Notes: generated from the sequence alone by a model not told the origin. Shown: positions 25,415-38,075, counted from the first letter of the whole stretch. The stretch: 57,042 nucleotides of DNA, filler included, from Sphacelaria rigidula (GCA_964200075.2; 7 parts of 7 records of this genome joined end to end with filler, not necessarily neighbours in it), one strand, 5' to 3'. Numbers and translations: made by a program.

Positions 25415-26802
25415 CCATTTTGTCAATCTACACCTTCCGGAAAGGCCGAAAAGCCCAAGAAATTGTGATCTGCTATTGGTTGCTCCGCAAACCCAAAAAA
25501 TATTAGACGACGTGTAAGAGGTGTAAACGGTTCTGCTGCGAGCAATCACTAGGGTCCAAGGATGTGTGAAAAGTCTTGCCGCCACACGCGTGACACTTTC
25601 TACGATAGCTCCCGCCCCCAAAAAACCCAGCCCAAAAGTGTCTGATGTTTGGGTTCAGCCTGCATGGCGCGCCCCATTTGGGTGGCATTGGCGAGAACAA
25701 AGTGTCTACCCTCTGATCTTCGGAGACACGCAGGTGCTACCCTCTGCCTTCATTTGGTTCCGGAGACACTCCCGGGTGTTGTCACATATATACGTTACCC
25801 CCATGACATGCACGATACGTACGCACACAACGCATTGCTGCGAACGTGAAAACTATTCAAACTCAAATAATCCATTCTTGACCCCTTTTGCAGTCGAATC
25901 TGGGCGCTTGCTCGGCGGTTGTTACTATATGATGTAGGTATCTAACAAGGTTTGGCATAGATGTTTAAAACTGGCGCACATCTGAGGGCGTTTGTGAAAG
26001 TCTCTCTGAACTGACACGTTCCACGTATGTTCGACACATGGAGTACTTTGCAACAGCGTTGCGCCTGGTTTAGTGAACACACGGTGCGGTCAGCATACTC
26101 GATGAAGCGTCAAACCACGATCATATTGGACTTATCTGCATTCCATGCCCGCAACTACCTCCTCTGAGAAGTTCTACCCACTTCTACCAATTGCAGCGCA
26201 CCATCTGGCGATCGATTTTTCCCAACACCTGGCAAAACAGGTTCTAATCTTGTTCAAACACGGGGGGTATTTCCCATTCTGTAATCCATAATGCGATTGC
26301 ACAAATCTCTCGTACTCCGTAACGTATGCTTTCACTTCATACACCAGAAGAGCACGCAAGTAGCTATCGCACGAGCTGAAGATGGCGCTACAAGCCTGAC
26401 TAGGTGGTGTCATCGTCGCATGGTTTCGTCATTACAGTTGTCAGCGTCAGAAGTATGCAGAATTCGTAATTTCTTAGTTCTCCAAATATCTTTCAAATTT
26501 GTTTTGCTTGCCACCGCTCATCACATGACTGTTGGATGCCAAAAAATTGGCATCTGGAGATATTTTTATCCTCTTGACAAATAATGAAAGAAAAATATCG
26601 GCGATCAATATTGAGTGACTTACGGTCTTGACCGATCTTCGGGGGTCCTGCAAAAGTGCAACCCCAGGTTCTAGCTTTCCGGTATTTTCGGTGGACCGAC
26701 TCGATCCCGATCATACAAGTGGAGACGAAAAAATGTTTTTTTTTAATTCCACCTATTCACTGCGCTAAAGCCGGATAACCAAGTTTCTCGGACCATTCAC
26801 GG

Positions 26803-27250
26803 TCAAAAACACCCTCCTGATGAACGGGGTATCTAGTCCGTATCGCCCCCACAACACCAAGTTGGACATTGTGATTTGAGCACGGTCTGCTTATTTTACC
26901 ACAACTGTCGACGCTAGTACTTTCGAGTGCTCATGGAAAATGTTATGCGAAAACCCCCCGAACAGAGGCTATCCGCAGAAAATGCTAGACTGAGGTCTGT
27001 GCAGTATAGGAGGGAAACACGCTCTCGATCGTTATTGTGAAGAGTTGTTTACGTAATCACTTGTTTTATAATTACCGTTTCATTGCGGAAGAGCCGGAAA
27101 ACTGTTTCTATTGGACCAAAAACGATCAATAACACCCTCCTGATGAACGGGATATCTAGTCCGCATCGCCCCCAAAATACCAACTTGGGCACCGCAGTTT
27201 GAGCGCGGCCTGCGCTTTCCCCCTAAATCTACCGACGCTAGCACTTCCAA
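26803..27250 (+). repeat. Diverged direct repeat, about 120 bp x2 (26803-26925; 27127-27250)
   Basis: AACACCCTCCTGATGAACGGG.TATCTAGTCCG.ATCGCCCCCA in both copies. Confidence 0.85.
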
Positions 27251-28691
27251 GTAGTAATGAAGAATAATGCTCGAGAAAAACTCAAGCACTACAACAGCTA
27301 CGAATTCTGAAAACTCCTGATGCTGACTACTATACCCCAGCTTTCATTTGCGGCAACAGTGCAAGGGTCGGACGAATCAATGATTTGTCTGGAAATTACT
27401 TGATTTCAGTTTGATTGATTCGTACCATACGAATCAATCCTTGGGCTTTGTTTTCAGCGTTGCAACCCAGCTACGCGCAGCCCAGGCACGCGGAGTGGCG
27501 CAAAAATTACGTGGAGACCTCTTTGACCAGCAGTCATTTTTTTCTTTGTTGAGCAATCAGGCCTCAAAAATCTTGGATTTGTTGACTCGAACTCTAACCA
27601 GCGATGATTTGTCCGAACCGTGCAACGGGGTATCACGCTGAAACATGATACCGTCGTGCTTATGTGTCCCCACATGACAATTTGAGCTCTCATTTAGTGC
27701 TGTGTGAGTAGAGATGTCATGGAATCTGTATCGGGTCTCAAGCATAGAGGATGCGGCTGAAACCTTCGCTGAAGGCAACATTATTACATGGCGGTTTCGC
27801 CACAGATGGCTTCTGCTGGCGAATCTCAGAGGTCTCAAACTATAGTTTGCATGTATATTCAGCTGACTGTTGCACTTGAGATGGACATCACGTCGGTTGC
27901 GGAGTTTTCAGAGCTCGAATTCTATTGACCAACCCTTTTTCGTCTTCGAAAGCCAGCACAATGTCCTGCAGTCAGTCTTGTATGCGGACTGTGTACTAAA
28001 GCTAAGTAATCACCTCTCTGCTCCCCGATATGTAGAGGGTTGTCCAAATTCTGTCGTGTTGTTTCATTTGCGGATGGCTGGATGTATACCCGCTAAGCCT
28101 TATGCAATAACTTCTCCGTGGTCTGTATACCACCCACATATCTCTCATGTTTCAGGAGACTCCATAGCTCAGGAGATTTCTGCACTCGATTGTCAGGACA
28201 GCGGTATTCAGAACGTAGCTTTCGAGGCATAGTTCGTACTCAAGTCAATTTCTTCCACACGTTGTCGAACTTCAACGGAGGTGTTCGGTTGACGAGGTTC
28301 TAAATCCGCGAATACTCTGTAACGGAATGCTGATAGTTTCGGTTATATCCGTTTCCTTTGTGGGGTAGGAACCGGTGTAACACGAAGGCAGTAGTCTCTC
28401 CCAACACTCCAGATATCGTCCACGGAGACGGCAGTGGTGAACACCAAGGCAGGAACAAAACCGCTCTTCCTCGTCCCATGCCATACCCGCTGCGTGCAGC
28501 AGCTTGCTCCGAAGAAATGAGGGCCAAGTGTGCAGGGTACAGATCGAAAGTTTGTTATATTCGTCTTTTAAGTACGGGAGGGTTCAAGAGTGTAAATAAA
28601 ATATGAATTAATAGTCGGCACAACACTGTTGAAGGGGGGCGATACTGTGTTTCATCCTGCCGTGATTTTCCCGTTATCGCTTCCAATATTC

Positions 28692-29960
28692 ATGCAGCAG
28701 CGAGCCAAGTCGACAGCTGGGAGCGGTTCGTCCAAGCCCGCGCCCAAGAAGAAGCAGAAGAAGGACCCCAATGCGCCAAAGGGCGCTTCATCGGCCTTCA
28801 TGCAATTTTCGGCTTCTCATCGCTCTGCGGTGAGATGCGCACAAAACAATGTTTCCGTGAGATTCAGAGTAAAGGATACGATGGAGAGTAAGAAGCAGTC
28901 AAACGATGAATAAATAGTTTCAGGTCCGAAATGCCCCCCCCCATGAGACCCGGTACGCTTTCTGCAGTTTTTTGCCACTGAAGCTCTTGATATCCCTGAG
29001 TAGGATATCGACGTGTAGCTGTACGCACACGACAGTGTTACAGACAAAGTTACGGGCAAAGAAAAGCGCACACAGAAGGAAAAATCGGTCAAGTTGAAGC
29101 GAATGATCAAATCCATCCTCAACCAACGGTCTACTCTCGATCTCACGAGAACATTGTTCCATGCAGCACAACTATTCCACATGCAGGTCGTTGAACAGTT
29201 TTCGCTCAAGGTGTGCTGGTATGTGGCAACGGGTACGTGAGATGTTGCGCGGCTACGGCGTTTGTGTCTTCGGCGGTTGTTTGTGTTCTGTGGTTGTTTC
29301 GCCCTTCGACGAGAGCGTCATGGCTAGCATACACTGCCTTGTATTCGCGGTCTACATATCGTATAACAAGCACCCCTGCATGCGCCGCAGTACCACAGTT
29401 CGTGACGGTCTACCTTCTGTTTATTTTCATAGATGATGTGGCAGCGATCGTTTTCGACACTCGCTGCTGGAGTACACTACATTAAACCTCCTTTTTCCCC
29501 TCTCCTTGGTGTGTGTCTTGTTCGGCGTTTCACTAGGTCAAGGAGGCCCACCCGGGATTGAAGACTACCGAGATAGCAAAGGTGTTGGGGGAAAAGTGGA
29601 AAACTATGGACGATGAAGCAAAAGCTCCGTACAACGAGAAGGCGAACCGTGACAAAGAAAGGTGTGTCGTCACACGTCGCAAGAGGATGAATCGAGCGAA
29701 GATTTGTTTGTAGTCGACAAACCATGTTGCCACGTGAGCCTGCCGTAGAACACTGGTAGTGCATAACTCGGTTTTCCGCTAGTATCGCGAAGATGTGTCA
29801 ATTCAACATCGATTTGTTGCATTTTCGTCGTGTGCGCTATCAATGTTGCAGGTACAAAAGGGAACTGGAACAGTACAAAAGAAAAACCAGAGAAGCAGCG
29901 AATGGAAGAGAAAAGGGCGACGCTGGTGATGACGGCAGCGACAACAGTGACTCGTCATGA
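28692..29960 (+). CDS. HMG-box protein (HMGB/NHP6/SSRP1-type box); exons 28692-28829, 29537-29661, 29852-29960; 123 aa if ATG 28692 is the start
   Basis: Spliced product KKKQKKDPNAPKGASSAFMQFSASHRSA|VKEAHPGLKTTEIAKVLGEKWKTMDDEAKAPYNEKANRDKER|YKRELEQYK...DDGSDNSDSS*; GT-AG introns with consistent phases (0, 2). Confidence 0.92.
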
Positions 29961-30342
29961 CAACATTTTCGCCAGATTGAGAGTCTAGCATTTGATTCAG
30001 AGTCGGAACCGAAATAAACACAAGTCCTAATCCATTTATCGACTGGTGCTTGTTGAGGAATACTTCACCGAGCTAATCGAGGAGAAGCTGGATGTAAAGC
30101 TCGTAGTCGTGGGATTAATACCTCTTTCTTTTTCCGCATTGGCGTCGGCGATCAGCACAATTCTACATGGAGCTCCTGATTTTCATAAATGATCTATCAA
30201 TACCTGAAAAGCTTCACTGCCAAAATGCCCGTCCAGACCTTCAGTTACTTTGAAGACGAAACCCTCAATCTGCATAGTCCCATTTTGTGCAAAATCGGGG
30301 TGATCCAGATGTGCGAAAGTAAACTTTTAGGGAACCTTTTAA

Positions 30343-31410
30343 CCCTTTTGGGACCGAGCCTCCAAAACGACCAATGAGGCTGGTTAGGACTAACGTGTCT
30401 GGCGTCTGCACGAAACAAGCAGTGGCGTGTGAAAATTCGGGAATGTATTGGCAGGGTTATGGCGAAGACCGAAATTTTCATCCAATCTATTTTCAGGTGC
30501 AGGGTGCGCATTAGGTAGTGTACGTCTAACGTAGCAAGCAGAATAAATCGCGGTAGAGATCTTCGAACAGGATACGGCGACCGGTCGGCCGCCCGCCACT
30601 TGTGGCTTTGAATAGCATTTTTGTCCCCATCATCTTGCCACACAGCCCTTTGTGGTCGGGGTGGGCCGCTGTTTCCCTCTTTGTTGCATGCGGCAAATTC
30701 TCTTCGAGGGGTATATCAGCTTTGTGGCGCGCATACATACAACAGTATAGTACAGTACAAGTACAGTGCAGTACGCCTGCTCGACTGCAGCAGCAGCTGC
30801 CGTTGCATACTACCTTTCACGTTCTGGACAAATGTCAGCCACCGAGATCAACTGCGTATATATAGCTTCTTCATCCCCGCCTACTACATACTCCGTACAT
30901 GTTAACTGGACACTGCAAGTCGTCGGCATAGGGATAGTCAAAATTCATGACGGTAGCTCATTTTGTCTTTCCACCGCCCGCCTGGGTTTAGTGCCTCGTG
31001 AAAATGACCACGTTGTAGCATGTACACACCTTCCTGGCTTCTTCAGGTTCACCGTGTGTTGGAATATATTACGACGTTTCAGTATGGAATTGGAACCCAA
31101 ATAACACTCCGGGAAAACTCGGGAACGCTATACTAAGTGCAAGTTATACCATATAAGCAAGCTGCGACTAACCTGCATTTGGAAACCTGGAGAGGCTTAT
31201 CTGGGCCAGGGATAAGGCCCCCACACGATCTTTGCAGTGGCATCACACTCGACAACAATCCCCGCGCTGGACGTTCGGGTCTGTTCGATGAATTTTCTCC
31301 CCGCCGTGAGTGGGCAGGTCGCTCGAAGACTTGTTTATTATTCCACTAACACAGGGTTAACACTAACACAAGGTCAACCCTGTGTTAGTGGGGATCCGGT
31401 CCCAAAAGGG
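30343..31410. mobile_element. Non-autonomous piggyBac-type element (1068 bp)
   Basis: TTAA|CCCTTTTGGGACCG ... CGGTCCCAAAAGGG|TTAA: perfect 14-bp TIRs and TTAA target duplication. Confidence 0.9.
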
Positions 31411-32699
31411 TTAATTCGGTACACGGTGGTTCTGGAGGCATAGGGTATCGCTCAAGAGTGGAGCCGAACAACAGGTGAGCAATGAACAATCCTTCAAGTA
31501 TAGCGCGGTTCGAACGAATCAGAGGTCATACGGATTGACTCCCCATGAATGTTGGATGTGAATGACGTTCAAAATAGTCAATCGGTATGAATCACGGATG
31601 GTTGAGTTGTATGTTTAAGGTCATACCGCACGAATCACAAACTGGGTTGTGTACACTCCAAGTAATATCAGATCAATCACGGGTACAGAATATGAACGAA
31701 TCGCAATTCCTAGATGAGTCATGGGTGCGAAACGTGTACGTATGGTTCTGCCGCATGGACGGAGATTGGCAAAACATCCATGATTCATGCTGAAGAACGA
31801 ATCGTGGAAGACATGTACATGAATCACATGACTTATGCTGTATGAGTCGTGAAAAGAATCACACCTGTGTCGAGCTGTACCATAAACAATGCTTTCGTGA
31901 GATTGAGCATACGATTGAGAGTAGGCTCTGATGGCTTTCAGCGGCGGAGAAAGCTGAGTAGGCTCTTACGGCTTTCAGCGGCGGAGAGTGTCTGCATCAT
32001 TAATGGACAAAACGCTTACCTCGCACATTGGTGCAAAATCCTGCCGGCAAACCTAACAGTGTTTCCGTGAAATCGAGCGTTGAGAGTACGATCGAGAGTG
32101 AGATTTTTTTCATAACATGTCTCGCTGCGCCGGTTCCGATGATGAGACCAAAACTTTACATGTGTAGCATGTTGGAACATTCCTGCCACCCGTTGCCTGA
32201 ATGGAATGGCAGAATAATGGTGGACAATGTTGCGCGCTGGCCCACAGGCGCGCGTTTGTGGAAGAATGCACCGTTCAAGAGGTCTCTAAAGTAGTGAGTC
32301 GTGAAGTTCGAGTAAACGATACGATTTAGCCAGGTTGTGTCCGAATTCAATCGCAATTGCGGTTGATGCCACCGTTCGTGTGGACTTGGGGCTCGTGGAT
32401 ATCTTGAAATCACGTTTCTGTTCAAAAGTTTCGCCGCAGTTTCCGTCGTTGTTTTTGAAAGCGCAAGTCATCGCGTGTGATATGACTGCTGATATCCCGC
32501 CTTTTCGTGCCGAGAAAAGTCGCAAAACGTGGTGGGACCCTGGATTCTGTTCCATNNNNNNNNNNNNNNNNNNNNNNNNNNNNNNNNNNNNNNNNNNNNT
32601 TAATTAATTAANNNNNNNNNNNNNNNNNNNNNNNNNNNNNNNNNNNNNNNNNNNNACCAACGGGGACGCCCCCCCCCCCCCCCTTTCGTAGGATGACTC

Positions 32700-35600
32700 T
32701 TGAGTATCGCCAGTTCCTCTGCCGTTCGCACGCGCACACTGCTCAGGATATCGGCCAGGATAGCGTGATATTCCTTGCCCTGGAGAGTTAAGTCTTTGTA
32801 GTCCTTCTGCAGCGCGCTTCTCCTCTTTGGCGCCTTCAAAGCTTTCGTGGTCGTGTTTTGCGCCTTGAATACGGGGAAAGTGGTCTTCTTCAGCCGTCCT
32901 CCGTGCGGACCCCCCTTTGCCACCACGTGGAGAACCTCGTCCCACCTTTCTGACGATGTCTTCTTCGCTGCCAACATTTTCTTCTGGTCCTCCGCGCTCG
33001 CCACCCTTAGGTTGAAGGACTTCAACTTGTCTGCTCCATCCTCGGAGAAGGCGGTGCACTTCCGCACGAATAGCAAGACCTTCTCCACCGCCTCCGCCCT
33101 GTCCCTGATTACCTCCGCCGTGGTGGCGCGCTCCTTCGGAGTTGGATACAGCTGGTCGTCCACTGCGCCCACGGCTGCTTGCTAGCTCTCGTAGATTGGA
33201 GCCAGCTTCCTTGTGAAGCCGGGGGTAATCCTGCCGATCGCTGATTTCACCAACTTATTAGTCATCTCCTGGTACTCGTCGAGGGCGACGTTGTGATGTT
33301 CTCGCCCACCGAAACTGACAGAGAATGATGTCCCCGCCGCGCGAAGGTCCCCGTCCGTCATCCTTGTGACATGGGAGATATGAGTTGCGCACAGACGCTG
33401 GTATCGCACTTTCTGCGTGAGGATGAAGATGGGCGCCGCCTCTCTCAGTGCTGCAGTCCTCAGGGCGTAATCCCTAACCCGTGTGCCCATCCGGAACCCC
33501 AGATATGCCGGATAGTGGTCCAGGAGAAACGACAGCCAAAATCTCAGGGTCATATGGTTCGAGGACCGTTCCCGGAGCCACGACACCACGTCTTCTCCCT
33601 CGCGGCTAGCATCAACACCCTTCTCCGCCTCGTATATTTCGATGATCACACACCACATGGCTTCAAACGTGACAGTGACGAAGTTATGACTCCTCCGGTG
33701 CTTCTTCCTCGCCTCCGCGTGCCTGTCATCGCCACCGAGCAATTTCGAAACGCTCTCGATCCCGGCCCCTCAATACAACTCTAGAAGAGCCTGCGATAGA
33801 TGAAGCATGAGATGCCACCCGCCAGGGTGGGGCAGAATATTGCGCCATCTGGTGGGGTTTGAAGCCATGACGTTCACCATGAAACAGTACGTTTCCTCAT
33901 TCCCCTCGATCAAGACCACCCGGCCGTTCTTGCCCTCGGCGTGGCACATTCACAGGATCCGTTCCAGCGTCTTCTCGTTGTCAGCTTCGCACTTTGTCGA
34001 CCCAGACTAGACGAAGAGGTTCGTCGACACGAGATCGCGCCCCCCGTGATCCAACTTCTTCACCAACTCGGCCTTCAGGCATGATCACCCAGGGCCATTT
34101 GTCTTAAGGTATCCAGGGCTCCGCGCCAACGTAGAAGCTAGCAGGGAACTCTACGTCTCCATGGTTTTACGTGTTCGGCACGCTCCCGACCTCGCTTCAG
34201 CAAGTCGAGTGTCAGTTCCGCGGTTTTCATCCACAAATCCTTGCTGCCGAAAGTAGCAGGTGCGTCCAGCGGGAGCCGGTGGCGATGTGCGGTGGCCCCC
34301 ATGAATGAGCAGTGTTCCGCGGAGATGTTTTTAGCGGCGGGGTCGCAGTCGTTGTCGTCGAATGCTGGTGACACGCCGATGTTGCGGTCCGCCGGGATGA
34401 GGTCCTCATCCTTCCTAGTCGCCACTACATTCTCGTGCGTCCGCCTCTGCTTGTTAGACATGCAACTCTTTAGCACCGACAGCAGGCGCGTAATCTTCTC
34501 CTCCGCTCCATGCGATTTCAACGCCTGGGAGAACTGCATGTAGTGCTCGGGCATAAAGGAGTCTCCTGTAACCTTCTTCACCATCATCGTACCCAACATA
34601 TAAGTGAACACGGCGTCTCCAGAATATTGATCGGCATCCGTATCGGTTTCCCGCGTGGTGGCGTCCAAGTTTATCTTGAACACCGAGGCGATGAACATCT
34701 TGAGCTCAACTGGGAAGGTGTCACGGACGCACCTTGTCACGTCGGGAGTCCGCATGCCGGCGGCAGAGGCCTCACCTGTACGCATAATTCCCCTCCCCTC
34801 CGCCCACCGGAACTTGCGCCGGAGCATCAGCGCGCCCCCCCTGGTCCGCCGCTCCTGCAAGCGCAGCTTCTCGTCGCTTCTTCTCACGCCGAAGCTCGCA
34901 TTCGCTGACGTAGAGGTTCGCGATCCATCACTCATCGGGTACGACCGGTATCAGCACCCTAAATCTCCGCCTGTCGTCTTGACCGACCTGGCCCTCAGAA
35001 AAGGACAGGTGGTGAATACCGCTGACAGCAAAGGCGACTTGGTCGAGGATTGTGTAGGCGTCTTTACTCAAAGTCCTCTCGACAACATCGTTCAATCCCG
35101 CTCGGCTACGCGCCTGCCGCACGATGTTCATGGCGCCGCCCAGATCGAGTAAGCGTCCGGCGGCAATCTCGGCGACCACGTTTCGCGCAGCAATATGAGA
35201 CGCAGCAGCAGTCGCCCCTCCCCCAGGAGCGTCGGAGGTGTCGAGGCGCAGGAGGTACTGGTCAACCGTCCACTTGCCGTCCTCTCCCCTTTTGAACAAT
35301 GTACTCTCGACTTCATTGCTGAAACTCCAGGCGCAGCTTCTGCAGAGGCGACTGTCTGCGTGTAGATTGATGCTGTCCCCACCCCCGTGCATTGCCCCGG
35401 CATCCGTCGCTCAAAAGAATTCTTGCATGAGACGAACTTGTTCCCCGGCTCTAACCAGCTCCGTCTTTGGCACCCGGCAACATGCTACGCACTTGGCCGC
35501 CGCCCGCTCTTCCTTCAGCGCGTCTCTCTCTTCCGGAGGGCATAGAAGCAATCGGGGGCGAGACACAGACACTCGCGGCTCGGCACCCAACCAAAGTTCC

Positions 35601-35902
35601 GCCGCGTCGGCGACCGCGTCGTTGTCGGGCAGATGCCGAAATTCGGATTCGGAACCTCGTTTGTCCGAAGGCCGGCGGTGGCACGCGCAGCACAATACGT
35701 TGCTGAAGTGCACGGGATTACAGGGACACACCGGACAGGGCGTCGGCCACGCTTCCGTGGCACCACAAACCGCCTTTCCGAATGACAGCGGTGCCCGCTT
35801 TCGCCTTTTTGGGGTATACACGTCGGCCTGCCCAGCACGCGGTTCTTCTGTAGAGGTGGGTGACGTCAGCTGTTGGCCCCCCAACAGGAATCTCGGCAGC
35901 AT
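32700..35902 (-). pseudogene. Intronless decayed ORF (about 1000 codons), putative DDE-type transposase (DUF6589-like) with Cys-rich N-terminus
   Basis: Frame continuous from 32700 to about 34070 through single stops at 33182, 33770, 33950, 34007; motifs FDDNDCD, LIEGNEETY, PHPGGWHLMLH, HRRSHNF...FEAM, NVALDEYQEMTNK; CPVCPC/CCAC/CVACC/CRSC upstream. Confidence 0.65.
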
Positions 35903-36598
35903 TTCCGCGCTACCTCCTCCTCGCGCTGCAGACTGTCACCGACTGCATCGGCGAGCGCCGCCTGCTGACGACGGTAGGCACTCGCCGACGGCGTAAGGTG
36001 TTCCGTCGCTAGTGATACCCGGCGACGATTCATCGCCGGAATGGGCATCACCGTCACATCGCGCCAAGTGGGGCGAACGCTGGGCCGCCGGGTCGCCCCT
36101 CTCATTCGCCGCCATACAGCCGGGTGCGCAGGGGGGGTGGGTGTACCGCTCCTGCTACTGTTGCTGGCGGCCCCTTTTCGCCGACTCCCACTGTTCCTCC
36201 GCTTCAATCCTCCCCACCTGCGCTCGATGGCGTACACGGCGATAGCAGAAGCAGTTTGGGTGACATGAGGCGCGGGGGGTGGATCATGATGTTTGTATCG
36301 ACGGTATGTCAAACATGCGGGCAGAAGTGATATCTCGATCAGCGGTGGGTCACAGCAGTTTATTACCATGGGTCGCACCTACAACTGTGGAACATTCGGC
36401 GCAAGTCAGTCCGTGCAATAGTCCCTGCGGAATATACCCGGTTACAATTTTTCCTACTGCACGGAGCTCGTTTTGCGTGGTTCAGATCGTAAACGGAACC
36501 TTGCGTGCGGGCTACGTTTACTGCCGCGCGGATAACTCGAAAGCACATGGCTGCCGCGTGCTGCATACTGCACTCATCATATGGTTCAGCGAAATATG

Positions 36599-37174
36599 CA
36601 AGGTGGTATTCTGTACAGTACGGGTGCGTTCTGAAGGATACGAGATTCCTCACGGGACTTACGGAACTGTCGGGTACCTGTATGAAAGCCTTACAGAGTT
36701 TTTAGAAGTGCCGGGTACCGGTTTGAAAGCATTACAGAAATTCCAGCGTTAGTCGGGTCCGGTATGGGAGGCTTCCAGCAAGCCGGTACCGGCAATCGGG
36801 TATCCTTCAAGAGCATACCCGCAATCCGGGTGCGTGTCAACTTCCTGAGCATAACTCACAGCCCTGTCGGGTAAGGGTATGGGAGGCTTACAGAACTCTC
36901 CGAAATTGTCGGGTATGGTATGGAGGTTGTACAGAAAGTCGCATCCGCAATGGGGTATCTTATCAGGAGCGGCCCCGTGCCCCCCGGTAACGGTTCGGGA
37001 GTCTCAGGTATCACAGTATTACCGGATAAAGGTGTGAAAGTGTTACAGAGATTACAGAACTGTCGGGTACCGGTATGAAAGTATTACATAAGTCACCGAA
37101 CTGGCGGGTACGGTAAACACCCGATAAAATACCTCGGGTATACAGAAACCCGTACCGTGCAGTACACAACCTTG
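36599..37174. mobile_element. hAT-type MITE with internal ACAGAACTGTCGGGTACCGGTATG subrepeats
   Basis: TIRs CAAGGTGGTATTCTGTACAGTACGGG / CCCGTACCGTGCAGTACACAACCTTG; 8-bp TSD GAAATATG/GAGATATG (7/8). Confidence 0.85.
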
Positions 37175-37459
37175 GAGATATGGTAGACGTCCTTCGCCGA
37201 GAGGGTGCTATTGACAACTAGCACACGCCACCCGATATAAAATATAAGAAGAAGCGAAATCTCGGCGCACTGGGCGTTTCATTCTTTTTCGTGGGACTAC
37301 CAAGATTCACCCACACCAAAAAAGATCGGACCTCAGTCGTTCGCCTCAGCTCCCCTTCATTGATTTTTCCCACGTGACCCTGAAAGATCGGTTATCGGAA
37401 CAATAATTGGTAGGGCGCATGATGCTTCACCATCGTAAGTAATCGATCGATAAGAACAG

Positions 37460-37750
37460 CTACGCTTACACGAATTGGAGCGGGTGCGAACGTTTCGGGT
37501 TGCGGGGTGTCATGCAGCATGCACACTTCCATTATAAAATGCTATGATGGATTCGATCAAACCCAACTTCTATGCACACCAGAATTGCTCCCTGCCATCA
37601 CACCTGTTCAGGCAACAATGGAGAGAATATAGCCTTACTTGCACGAATCGGAGCGGATGCGAACGTTTCATGTTGTGAGGTGTCATGCACCCCGCAAATC
37701 TCCATCCCCAAATCCCATTATAGGTTATATCAACATCGAGTTCAATCTAC
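37460..37750 (+). repeat. Diverged direct repeat x2
   Basis: CACGAAT.GGAGCGG.TGCGAACGTTTC..GTTG.G.GGTGTCATGCA at about 37469 and 37642. Confidence 0.75.
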
Positions 37751-38075
37751 ACCGAAATAGATCCCTACCATGACACATGTTCGGGCAACAACGGTTCAAT
37801 AAATGAAGGAAGGCGCCTAGAGTATTTTGATAAGTATAATCTCCTTCGAATCCGGCCCGCCTTATCATAGCGGCACCCCCGCGCTATCATGGATTTTGAA
37901 TCGAACTCGATGGACGGCATCATACGCGGCATCCCGAGTCGGAGTTGTGCTTCGGCACTTTCTTCACACACACGACAGAGTGCGCCTGCTGATGAGAGCT
38001 GAAACGCGCGCCTGTTGGGAAGGAAGAAGCTCCGTCGCAGGACAGAAGCGTTCATGCCGATATGTTGGGGACTGC

